NCBI GenBank assembly: GCA_008690995.1
Contig: VRMN01000006.1
Location: 496,001 to 560,000, forward strand
Direction: 5' to 3'
From: Porphyridium purpureum
Lineage: Eukaryota
Length of the DNA stretch: 64,000 nt
The notes below the pieces were generated by a model. That model did no database searches. It was not told where the DNA came from and was given only the letters and a program-made list of their open reading frames with translations. Shown here piece after piece: positions 23,601-34,575 of this stretch. The translations under genes and the position numbers were made by a program. Numbering within the stretch: the first letter of the stretch is position 1; the number at the start of each line of letters is the position of its first letter.

Positions 23601-26600
23601 ATGGATGAAGACGCAGACCGGATCTCGAATGCGCTTGAACGGGACGCACGGGATGGGAAAGGGTTGGGTTGTCCGTGCGCAGAGCGGCGACATGCCGCCA
23701 AGGGCTTGGAACCTCAAATTGCCGAGTACATGCGCAGCCTTGGCAGAAGCACGCTCGAGAACGAGTCCTGCCGAGTACCCATCGCACGCGTGCGCGAGCT
23801 GAGAAAGTTGCGCCACGTGCTCGATGTCACGGGACAGCAGCGCACGCTTCAATGCTCGCATGGTGTGGGTTTGCAACCACGTCCTGACAGAGCGACGGTT
23901 GCAAGTGCCAGCGCAAAGCTGCTGATTCTCGGTGTCCTGGAAGGCGATCGACTAGGTCATCTTTGTCTGTACGAACGCGGCGTGTCGTGTGTGCCGCCAA
24001 CAAAGTCGTGTCTGCACTTTGCTGTGCGCATTATCGTGACTCCTTGTGTTTCCGCTGGCCTTCGTGGAGCGGTCATTGCCTGCTTCCGGTGGCGCTACTT
24101 GCCAGCTCGCAGCGGGTATCCAGGGGTCATTGAGATAAATGCTGCCGATGTGCGAGTTGTTGGGAGACCGCTCTGCCTCGTGCGAGTGCCGAAGGAATTG
24201 TCCGACTGCTTGCCTGCACGCGAGATCGTCGGGGAAGTTTGTGCATGCAGTGCTGTGTCTGGGACCAAGACCACGGAACCTTCCTTTCTCGTTGCGTTGT
24301 GCGCCGTGCGATGCGCTGACCATCAGCTGATACCCAGGGCACTTCTCGCCATGAAAGGTTTGCATCTGGCTTCTTGGCGGCCCTTTCTGATGCCGTACAA
24401 ACGATATCGCTTCACCGGCCGCTTCAAATGGGTCAAACTCGCTACGCATGATGAATCTCTGCAGAACGCGGTACCCATGTTGGCAGCTCAAGAGCGCGAC
24501 GACTTTGATGTGGCAGAAATCGACGAAGTTGCGGTTGGATCAGGAGGGCCGCCACAGCATGCTAGCAAGCGCCGTCGGGTCACTTCTGAAGGAAACCCAA
24601 ATAGTAGCGCCCGTGTCGATGTGCATGGCACCGTCACCGGGCTACTCCCAAACCAGATCATCGAACTGGATGGAACTCTTCTGGTGTTTTGCGACCCTGG
24701 CGTTCGGATCTGGGGCACGGACTGTGATGTGCTGACGACGCAAAGCCTGCGCACCGGAGTCCGCGTCTCCTTGCTCGCCTTCCATGCAGCTTCGCTCGGC
24801 GAGCGTCCTCATGCACTATTTGCCAGTGCGCTTTCGTCAGTCCTCATTCATGCCTCGGCGCCCGCCGTGGAATGTCGTATGTGCCCTTCGCCTTCTGGGA
24901 TGCAAAACTGGAGTCGCTGCAGCCAACCTGGAGCACCGAGATCATTCAGTAGCTGGACAGATGAGTGGCGGACTCTGTACCAAGTACTCACACCTGCCGG
25001 TGTTTTGCTTGCGCGGGAGTTGTGCGGGAGCCTGAGTGACATGTTTGCCGCGTGGTTCATCGATGTGCAGTCTTCGGGTGAGTCTGTTGTTCGGAAGGTC
25101 ATGCTAACGCGTCTTTTGGGCCGTCCAGAAAAGCGGAAGCGGTCAGGCTGTAAGATAGGAACGCCTCGTGGCTGGCTTGCGGACTTGTTGTTGCTCGTCC
25201 AGGAATGGCATGGAATTCAGACCTTTGCGGCTGCCACTTCGAGCCGGTCCAGGCCAAATGCGTATGAGGCCTTCGCGAGAGCATTCTGTGACCCTTTGCC
25301 ATTTGACTCGTACTTTCAACCAGAATGTCCACTCATCTGGAGCGTCAAACAGCTTGTCTCGCAATGTGTCTTGTCGGAAAATCCAACGCGGGAGAGTGGT
25401 CATTCACATGATCCGTCTACAGCATTGCCATCCCAAACACGCATTGTACGCAGCGAGAGTCTGAAAGTGGAACGACGCAGTGTCCTCCTGCTCGGTCAAT
25501 TGCAAATACATGAGCAAAATGGTACACTCCGGTTCTGCGATGCGTCAGGGGGTATAGAGGTTGTATTATTCGGAAACAGCTGCAAGGGTCGGGCCATGTG
25601 TCCCGTCGTGCACGGGAAATTGTCCTCCAACTTGTACTGTCTATCCTCCTTCTGCGTTGTTGTGATAAGTCCAGGACGCCGCGACAAGACCCGGTGCGCC
25701 CTTGTTGTGGACGCTGCCCATTTTCGCATGTGGGCAGAGGCACCTCAGAACAGCTTGTCATCATATGCTGCTACGCCATCTGAACAAGGGAATGGCCTTG
25801 TTGGAGATTCTCCTGACTTGATGGCCAGCAGCCTGCAGACACGCACGCCACCGCGTCCCAACGTCAGGTTCAATCAAGCCTCAGCGCTTATTGTTGTGAG
25901 ATGCATTTCGCCTGTCAGGGCCCAGAGCTTCCGCGTATGGGGCACAGTTGTGGCGTGGCGTGCGCAAAGCGAGCGCCTGTGGGAATCTTTCCAAGCAGTG
26001 GAGTCTGACATGAGCGCTGAAGACGACCTTGAAAGCTTTGAGCGCTTCGGTGCGGTAGATCTCTTTTGCACTGTGATTGAAGATCACGTCTCTTTGATTC
26101 CCGGCGCCGTGTGTGTCATTACTTCCAAGCGTATCCGCGCTTTTCTGGCATCGGCAAAATTTGCAGGTCGTCTCTGTGCTGCGCCTCTGGCCAGCGCCGA
26201 GTCAGAGGGCACACTCGCGGGCCCTTACCGTTTCGAGATTGATGACACAGACTACTTTAGCATTGTTTCACTTGATTGTCTGGGCACAGATCGTCAGCTC
26301 AGTTACAGAATGAGGTCAAGCGCTAGTTCCACCCGGCCGCGAACTTCGGATGCATTGTCAGAACCACAGAGCTTTGGCAAGCAGATCACGTTCAAGGATA
26401 ATCTTCATCATGACAAATGCGTGTCGCTCGTTCTGCGCATATCACACCGTTTGCATAATGAGTTCAGCACAAGTGTCTCTGAAATACTGGTCAATAGGCT
26501 CCTGCGGGTGGAGCACCGGTCGGCCAAGTTGGATCAAAAGCTCCGCTTGGTCTCATTTCGTGGCCGAATCACACAAGTCACGAGCAGTGATATACGCTCT

Positions 26601-27455
26601 TTGACGTCAGCATGGAGCATTCGGGTTGCAGACCTATACCAGCCGCAGCATACGGTCCTTGTCGTGATTCCCGCCGAGCACTTGCCGCTACGCTCCTTGT
26701 GGGAAGGCCTCGTGGTCACTGTGGTTCACGTAGTACCGGAAATGACGGCGCGAGGCGAGTTGCATGTTGTTTGCAAAACGATGAGCCAGTTATACGTGAC
26801 GTGCGCTTCTATCGCTGAGTCGTGTGTACGTGCAAAATCGCCCGGCGTTTCATTGCCAAGCGACAGTGCAACTGAGCGGTCGAGGGCGCTGGTGGCCTTG
26901 TCATCCCCTCGTAGCGTCACATGCTCTGGACGGTCTTGTATCACGTACTTGAGAGACGCCATGAAATATCGCGGATACGCCGAATTTGTGGCCAACTTTG
27001 ACGTGACGTGTGTAGAGCATCTCGTGATGCAAGCATCCGACACGTCTCTTTGGAAGGTTGTATGTGTGGTCGACGATGGCACGGCGTGCGTAAGGTTGGT
27101 AGCGGAAGGCCAGCAGCTTTGTTTTGAGATCCTTGGCCTGGCTGGGTCACATCCAGCGCAGATTAGCGGGCGCGCATCGCTAGTTGGCGCGCTGCTCAAA
27201 TACTCGCAGGCCACATTTGAGGTGAGCAATCTGAGTCCTTCTCATGTCGTGAGCGAAGCGAGCAGCACCTGTGTCGAGAAGAGTGGTGCTCATGCGGAGT
27301 ATCCACTAGCCGAGCTGGCACGTGGCATTGTGTTGCGGCGTAGCCTGCGTACCATGCGGGCCAGAGTCTGCATTGGCTTGCCTCCGAGCCGAGCGCCTGC
27401 GACGCCGCTCGCATGCATCAAGTACTTGGGCGCCGCTCACCCGAAACTCCCATGA
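23601..27455 (+). CDS. CTC1: CST complex subunit CTC1-like multi-OB-fold protein (~1284 aa)
   Basis: Size and OB-fold-like motifs HGTVTGLL..IIELDG, LLLGQLQI...GTLRFCDASGGIEVV, LVSFRGRI and C-terminal VVDDGTA recall plant/animal CTC1. First ATG at 23601. Confidence 0.65.
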   Translation: MDEDADRISNALERDARDGKGLGCPCAERRHAAKGLEPQIAEYMRSLGRSTLENESCRVPIARVRELRKLRHVLDVTGQQRTLQCSHGVGLQPRPDRATVASASAKLLILGVLEGDRLGHLCLYERGVSCVPPTKSCLHFAVRIIVTPCVSAGLRGAVIACFRWRYLPARSGYPGVIEINAADVRVVGRPLCLVRVPKELSDCLPAREIVGEVCACSAVSGTKTTEPSFLVALCAVRCADHQLIPRALLAMKGLHLASWRPFLMPYKRYRFTGRFKWVKLATHDESLQNAVPMLAAQERDDFDVAEIDEVAVGSGGPPQHASKRRRVTSEGNPNSSARVDVHGTVTGLLPNQIIELDGTLLVFCDPGVRIWGTDCDVLTTQSLRTGVRVSLLAFHAASLGERPHALFASALSSVLIHASAPAVECRMCPSPSGMQNWSRCSQPGAPRSFSSWTDEWRTLYQVLTPAGVLLARELCGSLSDMFAAWFIDVQSSGESVVRKVMLTRLLGRPEKRKRSGCKIGTPRGWLADLLLLVQEWHGIQTFAAATSSRSRPNAYEAFARAFCDPLPFDSYFQPECPLIWSVKQLVSQCVLSENPTRESGHSHDPSTALPSQTRIVRSESLKVERRSVLLLGQLQIHEQNGTLRFCDASGGIEVVLFGNSCKGRAMCPVVHGKLSSNLYCLSSFCVVVISPGRRDKTRCALVVDAAHFRMWAEAPQNSLSSYAATPSEQGNGLVGDSPDLMASSLQTRTPPRPNVRFNQASALIVVRCISPVRAQSFRVWGTVVAWRAQSERLWESFQAVESDMSAEDDLESFERFGAVDLFCTVIEDHVSLIPGAVCVITSKRIRAFLASAKFAGRLCAAPLASAESEGTLAGPYRFEIDDTDYFSIVSLDCLGTDRQLSYRMRSSASSTRPRTSDALSEPQSFGKQITFKDNLHHDKCVSLVLRISHRLHNEFSTSVSEILVNRLLRVEHRSAKLDQKLRLVSFRGRITQVTSSDIRSLTSAWSIRVADLYQPQHTVLVVIPAEHLPLRSLWEGLVVTVVHVVPEMTARGELHVVCKTMSQLYVTCASIAESCVRAKSPGVSLPSDSATERSRALVALSSPRSVTCSGRSCITYLRDAMKYRGYAEFVANFDVTCVEHLVMQASDTSLWKVVCVVDDGTACVRLVAEGQQLCFEILGLAGSHPAQISGRASLVGALLKYSQATFEVSNLSPSHVVSEASSTCVEKSGAHAEYPLAELARGIVLRRSLRTMRARVCIGLPPSRAPATPLACIKYLGAAHPKLP

Positions 27456-28006
27456 GCGCTGATACGCGCGGGTGCGCCTCCCTGTACACAGCGGGTGCAT
27501 TGCGAGCAATCACATTGTAGACCTTGTCGTACGCGTCAAGCGTGCGTTCGACCCTCTCCCCCCATCATTCTCGCACGCCACCATTGCGAGATTCGTTCCG
27601 CGTGTCTTTTAAAAAAACAGCTTGTTCACACCTTTCCCGAGGTGGACTCTTGCAGTACAAATGTCTGTCAATACCATGCGAAAGCGAAAATGCGGACGCA
27701 CGCGGCAACCCCTAGTGTACTCGCGCTCCGGTCGGTTTTTATCCTGACGCGCGGGACGTACGTATGTACAACGCGCGGGGTGAATGTTTTCGCCTGTCGA
27801 ATTGTATTCGATCGCGCTGATTCTCAGGGGACGCGGCCCGGTGGACACGGCGGGGTGCTCGCGCGCGTCAAAGGTGCCGGATGAAAAACAAGAAGAAGAA
27901 GTGGGTCGCGGCGATAGCGCAAGGCGATATCGGCTCGTAACGGTCGGATGTTGACTGCGACGGCGACGACGTCCACCACCAGCAGCAGCTGAAGCGGAGG
28001 AAGACG

Positions 28007-31000
28007 ATGAAGAGGAGTTCCGAGATGTCAGGCCGCTCACAGGCGACACTGTTGTCGCAGCCGCAGCGCGCGCCTCAGAATCTCCGTCCCGTGCGGACAA
28101 TTTCGCGAAGACAGAGGCGAAGGAAGAAGGCAAAAGGAGCAGATCCAGAGCAGGGCCAACAGGGTGTAAACACTTCAAGCGATGCAATTCAGCGAGCTTC
28201 TGGACCCATGCTAGCAGCGTCTTTCTTCTCGGATTCTGCCAGTTCAGATGATCAGCTCGGGACTGCAGTGCCGGTCGGCGACGCCTCAGCATATGCACGG
28301 ACGCTCATCATGTCGCACGTCGCAGGATGGAACCCACGCGAGCTTCTGGTGGCGTCGGGACAGAACATGGATAAGCTGTTGAACTCACGCGAGCGTTTAC
28401 TCTACAAGTCGCCGCGCATGCATTTCCGCAATCATCAAGAGTATCTGGAGTACTTTATTCCGCTGATATTGATGGACTTGCGTGGAGCGGCGGCAGCGAG
28501 TATTCAAGCAAGTGCCGCGGCGGGATTTTCCTCCCGGGCAGGCAGAGCAAGCGCTACAAAGAAAGAAGTGCCTGGGATCGAGCGCGTGGTGGTGACGGAC
28601 GTGAAAGACTTGTCACATGACAGAGTGTGGCGACGCATTGTACAAATTGAGAAATACGTCGAACCGGGCAGTGGCAACATTGGAGAGGATCTGCGAATGA
28701 TGAGCGGAGATTTGGTTGCTGTGTGGCCGATGGTCGACCCAAACCACACTCAGAGTACACAAGACGGCTGCTGCATTCCTCCTACCGCTGTTATTGGCGT
28801 GGTTGAACCACTCGCCGCACAGGAAACTGCAGGTGACAAGGTGTGCAGGATTCGGGTCGCTCGAGTGCGTGCGGCGGGCGGAAGCCCGCAGGATTGGCCG
28901 GCGAAGCCAGGGATTACGGAACAAGCGGCACAAGCTGACCTTCAGGAAGCGCCAAGGTACAGAAACTTACCGGAACTGCAGCCGGCTACGCACGCGCGGA
29001 GGAAAGCCGCAAGTGATCTCCGAAGCTCGGCGAGTGAGGCCCACCGAAAAGGTTCTCCGAGTGTGGAGCCTGAATGTATTGACTTGACACGAGACGATGA
29101 CTGTACGATCGAGCCCGTCGTTAAGGGGAGCAATACGCGCACAGGCCTAGTTCGTGTTCCTCTTGCGGAAGAGTGCGTTGAGATCGCAGAAGGTCCGGGC
29201 GCGACGGACAATCATGCGCTCCAGGAAACACCTGGGGATCTAGAATGGTGGGAGCAATCAAAGGATCCCGGAGATGAAGAAAAAGAATTCGAAGCCTGGT
29301 GTAAGGAAAAACGAAAGGCGGCAAAATTGCAACCGGAGCACGCGAAACTGACCAGCCAACCTGAGAAGCCGGTAAATGTTTCGCAGCAGTGGTGGGCCCT
29401 TGTGCGTCTCGGAAGCACTTTGACGTACCAGCGAGAAGTTGCGGCCGCATATTCAATACGCGAAGCGCCGCTGCTGCGCGCAATTCTGCAGCCGGCGGCG
29501 AAAAAGACGAAAGCACAGCGAGACAGGATAATTTTACGGTACCAGAACGGCTTGATTTCAAAGGTTATGGAGCACTACATGCTTAACGAGTCACAGCGAG
29601 CGGCCGTTTCGGATGCCATGACACTCATGAAAGGGTTTAGCCTTATCCAGGGACCACCTGGGACCGGCAAAACCAAGACACTTGTTGCCTTGCTAAATGT
29701 GATGCTCTTGTATTCACACCAACGACAGTACGAACTCGTGCTTGACTATTTAAAGCCACTTGTCACACCTCAGGGTTTCCTGGACCTGAGTCGGATGGGG
29801 CACGGTCGGTTCCCACAAAAGCGGCGCGTGCTTGTCTGTGCGCCGTCGAATGCAGCGGTGGATGAGATTTTGTCGCGCGTGCAAAGCGCAGGCTTCATTG
29901 ATGGAGGTTTGACTCGATACGATCCCCCTGTTTGCAGAATTGGATTTGGAAACCGACTTTCGGTCCTTTCGCAGCAACTGACGGCTGAGACGCAAGCTGA
30001 AGAAATGCTTGCACGCATTGACAGGCGCTGTGCGGAAATGCACTATCCAGGATCGCGCGAACAGATACAGACACTGCGGTGGAAATATTGTCAGCATCAT
30101 CTGAATGTAATTCAGGCAAAGGCTGCTGACTTGCGACAACAGCTTGCGCACGTGCCTATGGACACCGAAGCGGGTCATGGTTTCGTTTGCAGGCTATACA
30201 TGGAGCATGACACGTTGCAATCATTATTCTTGCGAATTCAAGTCGCAACAGATCCGCGGTTCGTAAAGCACGAGGATCGCGTACGCACAGTAGCGCGGTG
30301 CTTTGTGAACGAGGCAGAAATCGTATTCGCGACCCTGTCCGGAGCCGCGAATTTGTTGGCGCATGCGCTTATAGTGCATTCGCATTACCGGAGGCTGCCA
30401 CCTTTGGTTGGTGTCGAAGTTACCTCAGACTCGGACCGCATGTTTGACACGGTCATCATAGATGAGGCGGCACAAGCCACCGAAATGTCTTCGTTGATTC
30501 CGGTGAGCCTAGGCGCGAGCCGGTGTGTGCTTGTTGGCGACCCGCAGCAGCTCACAGCCACCGTGCTAGGAACAGGCATGAGTGCTGTTGCCTACTCGCT
30601 GAGCTTGTTGGAGCGAAAGTGTCTCGCGGGTAAAGTGCCTCTGATGCTCAAGCAGCAGTATCGCATGCACCCAAGCATCAGCCTGTTTCCGCGAAAGCAC
30701 TTTTACAAGAGCGAGTTGGCAGACGACGAGTCCGTGCTAACGGACAGGGATGCGCCATACCATAAGACGGCGTTCAAAGAACGCTTTGGCCCGTACCTGT
30801 TTATGGACATCCGCATGGGTGGCGAGGAACAGAGCGGGAAGTCGCTTGTGAACCGCGCAGAGGCCCACGCGGCAGCGCTATTGTACAAGAGCATAAGGCA
30901 TGTGTGCCCAGATTCAGGGCTTTTCTCGTTCTCTGCTCACGATAAAGGCAACGAAGCCTTGGCTATAGCGAGAAGCGAATCACGATTCGGCGTGGTGACG

Positions 31001-32401
31001 CCGTACAAAATGCAACAGGATATTTTGAGGGCCGAGTTTGATGGCGTGGGAGCACATGATGTTGAAATCGATACCGTGGACGCCTACCAGGGGCGCGAGA
31101 AGGACTTTATGATTTTCAGTTGCGTACGATCGAACACCAGGTCTGGCAGCATTGGTTTTGTGCGAGATATACGCCGTATGAATGTGGGAATTACTCGTGC
31201 TAAGTATTCTCTCATCATCATGGGCAACGCGCAATCGCTGATGGCTGGCTCAAAAGATTGGCGCGCACTAATTGAAGATGCCCGAGAACGCGGTCTCGTG
31301 CTGCGCGTAGACAGTCCTGAGCGTGTGAGTTCTTTGACACCGATTCCAATTTCTTCCGTCCCAAGGACAAACGCGAAAGTTTTCCGCCTAACTCCATCGG
31401 GGACCGTAAAAGTCAGCGAGGATCCTCTGTTGAAACCGGAGAGCGCGAATTCGCGGTCGCACGGACTGCTACCAGATGCGTCGCATATCACGCAGAGCAG
31501 AACAAACCTCGCAAACCGTGTGCTTCCGCAAAATGCCGTTCGAAATCGCGCCTCAATATCTCCATCGCGAAAGGACGTCTCGAAGCCGTTGTCCCTCTCG
31601 CAACCAAGTCAGCGGCCCGGTGTACCTTTGGAGGAACAGCACGCGTTCAACGGCGCACCAGCCGCAGTGGCGCGGTTACAAGGATCTTCTGATGATCCGA
31701 AACGAATCGCCGAAGCTCGGGTGAAAGCTCAGAGCCCCGCGGCACCAGATGTTCACCCTCGTGCGGTCCCTTTGCCAGCCCCTCGAGCCCACAAGCGCAT
31801 CGCTGTGGATCCAAGCGCTGTGCAAAAGCGAACCGTGTCTGTGCGCTCAAGCAGCACGTTGGCCAGTAGGCCCGCGTTAGCATCGCAACGGCTCGGTCAC
31901 CAGTCCCGCTCTCAAGATGACCGAAAGAGAGCAGACTCCGCAACGGTGCCATCACGAGCGCAGATGCAAAGCCACGTGGTGGTCGATTCGTCAGTCCGTG
32001 ACCAGAGTCAGCGACGGCATATTCCTGCCGCGCCCACAAGTGTCGAAGGCATGCCATCGTCGGCCGGGATGCAAGCCACGGCGCAACGACCGGAACACCA
32101 CGTGCACACGCAGGTCGCCATCAACGCGGCGGCCACCAAGGATGATAAGACGACAGCAAGTGCTCGGCCACCTGTGCAGCCCACACAGCCGCATTCTATG
32201 CCTTATTCGCCAGACGCTTTTACAAAGACGGAGCATCCGGCGCTTGTGCAGTTACGAGCCGGTCTGGCGAGTGCCGCCAACGCCGGCACGTTTGCTCGTG
32301 AGGCAGCCAGGTTGACTCAGCGTGCGAGATTGGCCGGCGCTGACCCTCACGCGGTGATGGAAGTGTACGCCGACGCATGTCGTACGCAAAATCAGAGCTA
32401 G
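28007..32401 (+). CDS. SEN1/senataxin-like SF1B (Upf1-like) helicase, paralog A
   Basis: LNESQ, QGPPGTGKT, CAPSNAAVDE, IIDEAAQ, VGDPQQL, QYRMHP, VDAYQGRE, RRMNVGITRA. Confidence 0.92.
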   Translation: MKRSSEMSGRSQATLLSQPQRAPQNLRPVRTISRRQRRRKKAKGADPEQGQQGVNTSSDAIQRASGPMLAASFFSDSASSDDQLGTAVPVGDASAYARTLIMSHVAGWNPRELLVASGQNMDKLLNSRERLLYKSPRMHFRNHQEYLEYFIPLILMDLRGAAAASIQASAAAGFSSRAGRASATKKEVPGIERVVVTDVKDLSHDRVWRRIVQIEKYVEPGSGNIGEDLRMMSGDLVAVWPMVDPNHTQSTQDGCCIPPTAVIGVVEPLAAQETAGDKVCRIRVARVRAAGGSPQDWPAKPGITEQAAQADLQEAPRYRNLPELQPATHARRKAASDLRSSASEAHRKGSPSVEPECIDLTRDDDCTIEPVVKGSNTRTGLVRVPLAEECVEIAEGPGATDNHALQETPGDLEWWEQSKDPGDEEKEFEAWCKEKRKAAKLQPEHAKLTSQPEKPVNVSQQWWALVRLGSTLTYQREVAAAYSIREAPLLRAILQPAAKKTKAQRDRIILRYQNGLISKVMEHYMLNESQRAAVSDAMTLMKGFSLIQGPPGTGKTKTLVALLNVMLLYSHQRQYELVLDYLKPLVTPQGFLDLSRMGHGRFPQKRRVLVCAPSNAAVDEILSRVQSAGFIDGGLTRYDPPVCRIGFGNRLSVLSQQLTAETQAEEMLARIDRRCAEMHYPGSREQIQTLRWKYCQHHLNVIQAKAADLRQQLAHVPMDTEAGHGFVCRLYMEHDTLQSLFLRIQVATDPRFVKHEDRVRTVARCFVNEAEIVFATLSGAANLLAHALIVHSHYRRLPPLVGVEVTSDSDRMFDTVIIDEAAQATEMSSLIPVSLGASRCVLVGDPQQLTATVLGTGMSAVAYSLSLLERKCLAGKVPLMLKQQYRMHPSISLFPRKHFYKSELADDESVLTDRDAPYHKTAFKERFGPYLFMDIRMGGEEQSGKSLVNRAEAHAAALLYKSIRHVCPDSGLFSFSAHDKGNEALAIARSESRFGVVTPYKMQQDILRAEFDGVGAHDVEIDTVDAYQGREKDFMIFSCVRSNTRSGSIGFVRDIRRMNVGITRAKYSLIIMGNAQSLMAGSKDWRALIEDARERGLVLRVDSPERVSSLTPIPISSVPRTNAKVFRLTPSGTVKVSEDPLLKPESANSRSHGLLPDASHITQSRTNLANRVLPQNAVRNRASISPSRKDVSKPLSLSQPSQRPGVPLEEQHAFNGAPAAVARLQGSSDDPKRIAEARVKAQSPAAPDVHPRAVPLPAPRAHKRIAVDPSAVQKRTVSVRSSSTLASRPALASQRLGHQSRSQDDRKRADSATVPSRAQMQSHVVVDSSVRDQSQRRHIPAAPTSVEGMPSSAGMQATAQRPEHHVHTQVAINAAATKDDKTTASARPPVQPTQPHSMPYSPDAFTKTEHPALVQLRAGLASAANAGTFAREAARLTQRARLAGADPHAVMEVYADACRTQNQS

Positions 32402-32415
32402 TGACCGAGACGTGG

Positions 32416-32460
32416 AGCGCGGCCAGCGCGGCCAGCGCGGCCAGCGCGGCCAGCGCGGCT
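32416..32460. repeat. 9-bp tandem repeat AGCGCGGCC x5
   Basis: Read directly, just after the helicase stop codon. Confidence 0.9.
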
Positions 32461-32619
32461 AGAACCGTCTGCCGCTGCGTTTTGCGCGCGCTTCGCCCAA
32501 CGTAAAGCATCGATTCAAATCATAAAACGCGGTCGTTTCGTCTCGTGCGCCCGCGACGCATTGCGGGGGCGCGCAAGGCAGGGGAAGCGATCGCCGCGTG
32601 GACGCGATCGCACGGTGAC

Positions 32620-34071
32620 ATGTTTGTCGAGGCATTCCAGAGCGTTTCGTGGCAAGCATGGAGCCCCGATGTCCGTCCGCCCACCGCGCTGGCTTTGGGC
32701 GCCCAGGGCGGGGCCTCCCATAGCAGGCCGATGAACGGGCGCGGGCAGGTGCATTTCGGTTTGCGCACGCCGCGTCACCGTTTCGCTGCGCTCTTGAGCC
32801 CCCTGCGCTTGAGGTTTGGCGCGCCGCCTCGGCGCGCTGGTGAAGATTCGTGCCGCCGTGGAAAAAGCCGCGGGAGCGGAAACTGGATGATGCAGTCGCT
32901 GAGCACGAGCGGCGTGTTTCAGCCGGCCGAGGCCGCAGCAACACCGGATACGCCCGCCGGTGGCGTTGTACGTGTAGTGACGTACAATGTGCTGAGCCCC
33001 ACGCTGGCAGCGCCTCCGTACTTTCCGTTCTGTAACCCGGACGACCTCGTGCCAGACGTTCGTTTGGAGCGTGTGAAGCGGAAGCTCCTGTCCGAAATCG
33101 AGCGCGGTGCGATTCTGTGCTTGCAAGAGGTGTCTCGCAGCTGGACAGGCAACTTGCACGCCTTTTTCGTGCAGCACCAATACAGCATGATCGTCGCGCC
33201 GTACGGTAGCAAGTTCAATGATTACATGGGCGTGGCCATTGCTTTCCCCTTGAGCGGGCCTGTTGAACTCGTAGAGGCGCACTTGGACCGTCTGAGTGAC
33301 ACAAAGAGTTGGGGCCAGGTCGGTCAGAGACCGCCGAAAAAGGAGCTTGCGTGGTTCATGGATGTGCCCTTCCTAAGTCGCGGCTTTCGAGCGATACAGG
33401 CGCTTGGACGTGAGTTGAGCCGCGACCCGAACGCGAGCAGTAAGACAGTGAAAAAGCCATCTTGGGATGTTGCACGAAACCGTTTCAATGTTATGATATG
33501 TGCGCGATTTCGGTTCAAGTCGGAAGAAGCCCAGACAATTTACCGCAAGCGCAGCCGCGAGTTTTTACTGGCCACGTATCACATGCCGTGTGTGTTCTGG
33601 GACCAATCGGTTATGGCGATTCACACAGCGCTCGCATGCGAGAATGCCATGACGCGCGCCGCCGGCGCGCCATACATCCTCGCGGGTGACTTCAACTTGA
33701 AGCCCAGCGATCCGATGTACAACTTGATCACGCTCGGTCAGCTGCCGTCAAACTTTGTACTTGAACAGCCAGAAAATACCGCCAATGGTGAGAAAGAAAA
33801 TGCGCCGTTCGACGTCCGCGTAAGTCGTCCCATGATGAGTGTCTACGCGGTCTTGAACGGTAGAGAGCCCGACTTCACTAACAATGCTCGCATCAAGGAC
33901 CAGGATCCATTTGTAGAAACACTCGACTACATTTTTGCGTCTCACTCAGACTGGAAAGTTCACGGCGTGCACGAATTGCCGGAGCGCGCGCACATCAAGG
34001 GTCCGTATCCGGATGCAACGGAGCCAAGCGACCATCTCTTGCTCGCTGCGGATTTAGAGCTTATTCGTTGA
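32620..34071 (+). CDS. CCR4/nocturnin/Angel-like endonuclease-exonuclease-phosphatase
   Basis: VVTYNVL, LCLQEV, LAGDFN, TLDYIF, PSDH. First ATG at 32620, with an N-terminal extension that may be a targeting peptide. Confidence 0.9.
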   Translation: MFVEAFQSVSWQAWSPDVRPPTALALGAQGGASHSRPMNGRGQVHFGLRTPRHRFAALLSPLRLRFGAPPRRAGEDSCRRGKSRGSGNWMMQSLSTSGVFQPAEAAATPDTPAGGVVRVVTYNVLSPTLAAPPYFPFCNPDDLVPDVRLERVKRKLLSEIERGAILCLQEVSRSWTGNLHAFFVQHQYSMIVAPYGSKFNDYMGVAIAFPLSGPVELVEAHLDRLSDTKSWGQVGQRPPKKELAWFMDVPFLSRGFRAIQALGRELSRDPNASSKTVKKPSWDVARNRFNVMICARFRFKSEEAQTIYRKRSREFLLATYHMPCVFWDQSVMAIHTALACENAMTRAAGAPYILAGDFNLKPSDPMYNLITLGQLPSNFVLEQPENTANGEKENAPFDVRVSRPMMSVYAVLNGREPDFTNNARIKDQDPFVETLDYIFASHSDWKVHGVHELPERAHIKGPYPDATEPSDHLLLAADLELIR

Positions 34072-34202
34072 GAGCGCCATGACTCTAGAACGCCCTTCAG
34101 TTCGATTCGGTCTCTCTTTCTTGTCCAGTAAATACCTTTTCTGCGTTCGTCCGATCGCTGTGGGCAAGTCGCCCACCGTGCTCCCGTTGCTCGACGCGTC
34201 GT

Positions 34203-34499
34203 CTACGACTCCGCATCCGTTTCGGGTTTGTCACGTTCGCCGAGCGTCTTTGCGATTCTCTTCTGATGTTCGCCCATGTTTTGGGCGCGCATCGAGGCCA
34301 CCACTGCCGTCTGAGTGTGGCGGTGCTGCGTGTCCATCCTGTACACTTCGGACTCGTTGCGCGCGATCTCGCTCAACACGCCGCGTGTCTCCTGGACACC
34401 AACAAACACGAACGACACGAGGCCTAGAATCACCGCGGTCCGCTTTCCCATAGTGGCCAGCGCCTGGTGCAAGGCGCGCCGTCGCGCCGCTACGCTCAT
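34203..34499 (-). CDS. Small single-pass membrane protein, hypothetical
   Basis: Basic N-terminus, one hydrophobic helix (AVILGLVSFVFVGV) and a charged helical tail. Fills the gap between two clear genes. Confidence 0.45.
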   Translation of the reverse strand: MSVAARRRALHQALATMGKRTAVILGLVSFVFVGVQETRGVLSEIARNESEVYRMDTQHRHTQTAVVASMRAQNMGEHQKRIAKTLGERDKPETDAES

Positions 34500-34575
34500 A
34501 GTCAAGAAGCTATCCCCTGCCCCTTGTCACACACCTCCCCCACCCTTTTACTTTGCGTAGTTGTGCGCGCGCGGA

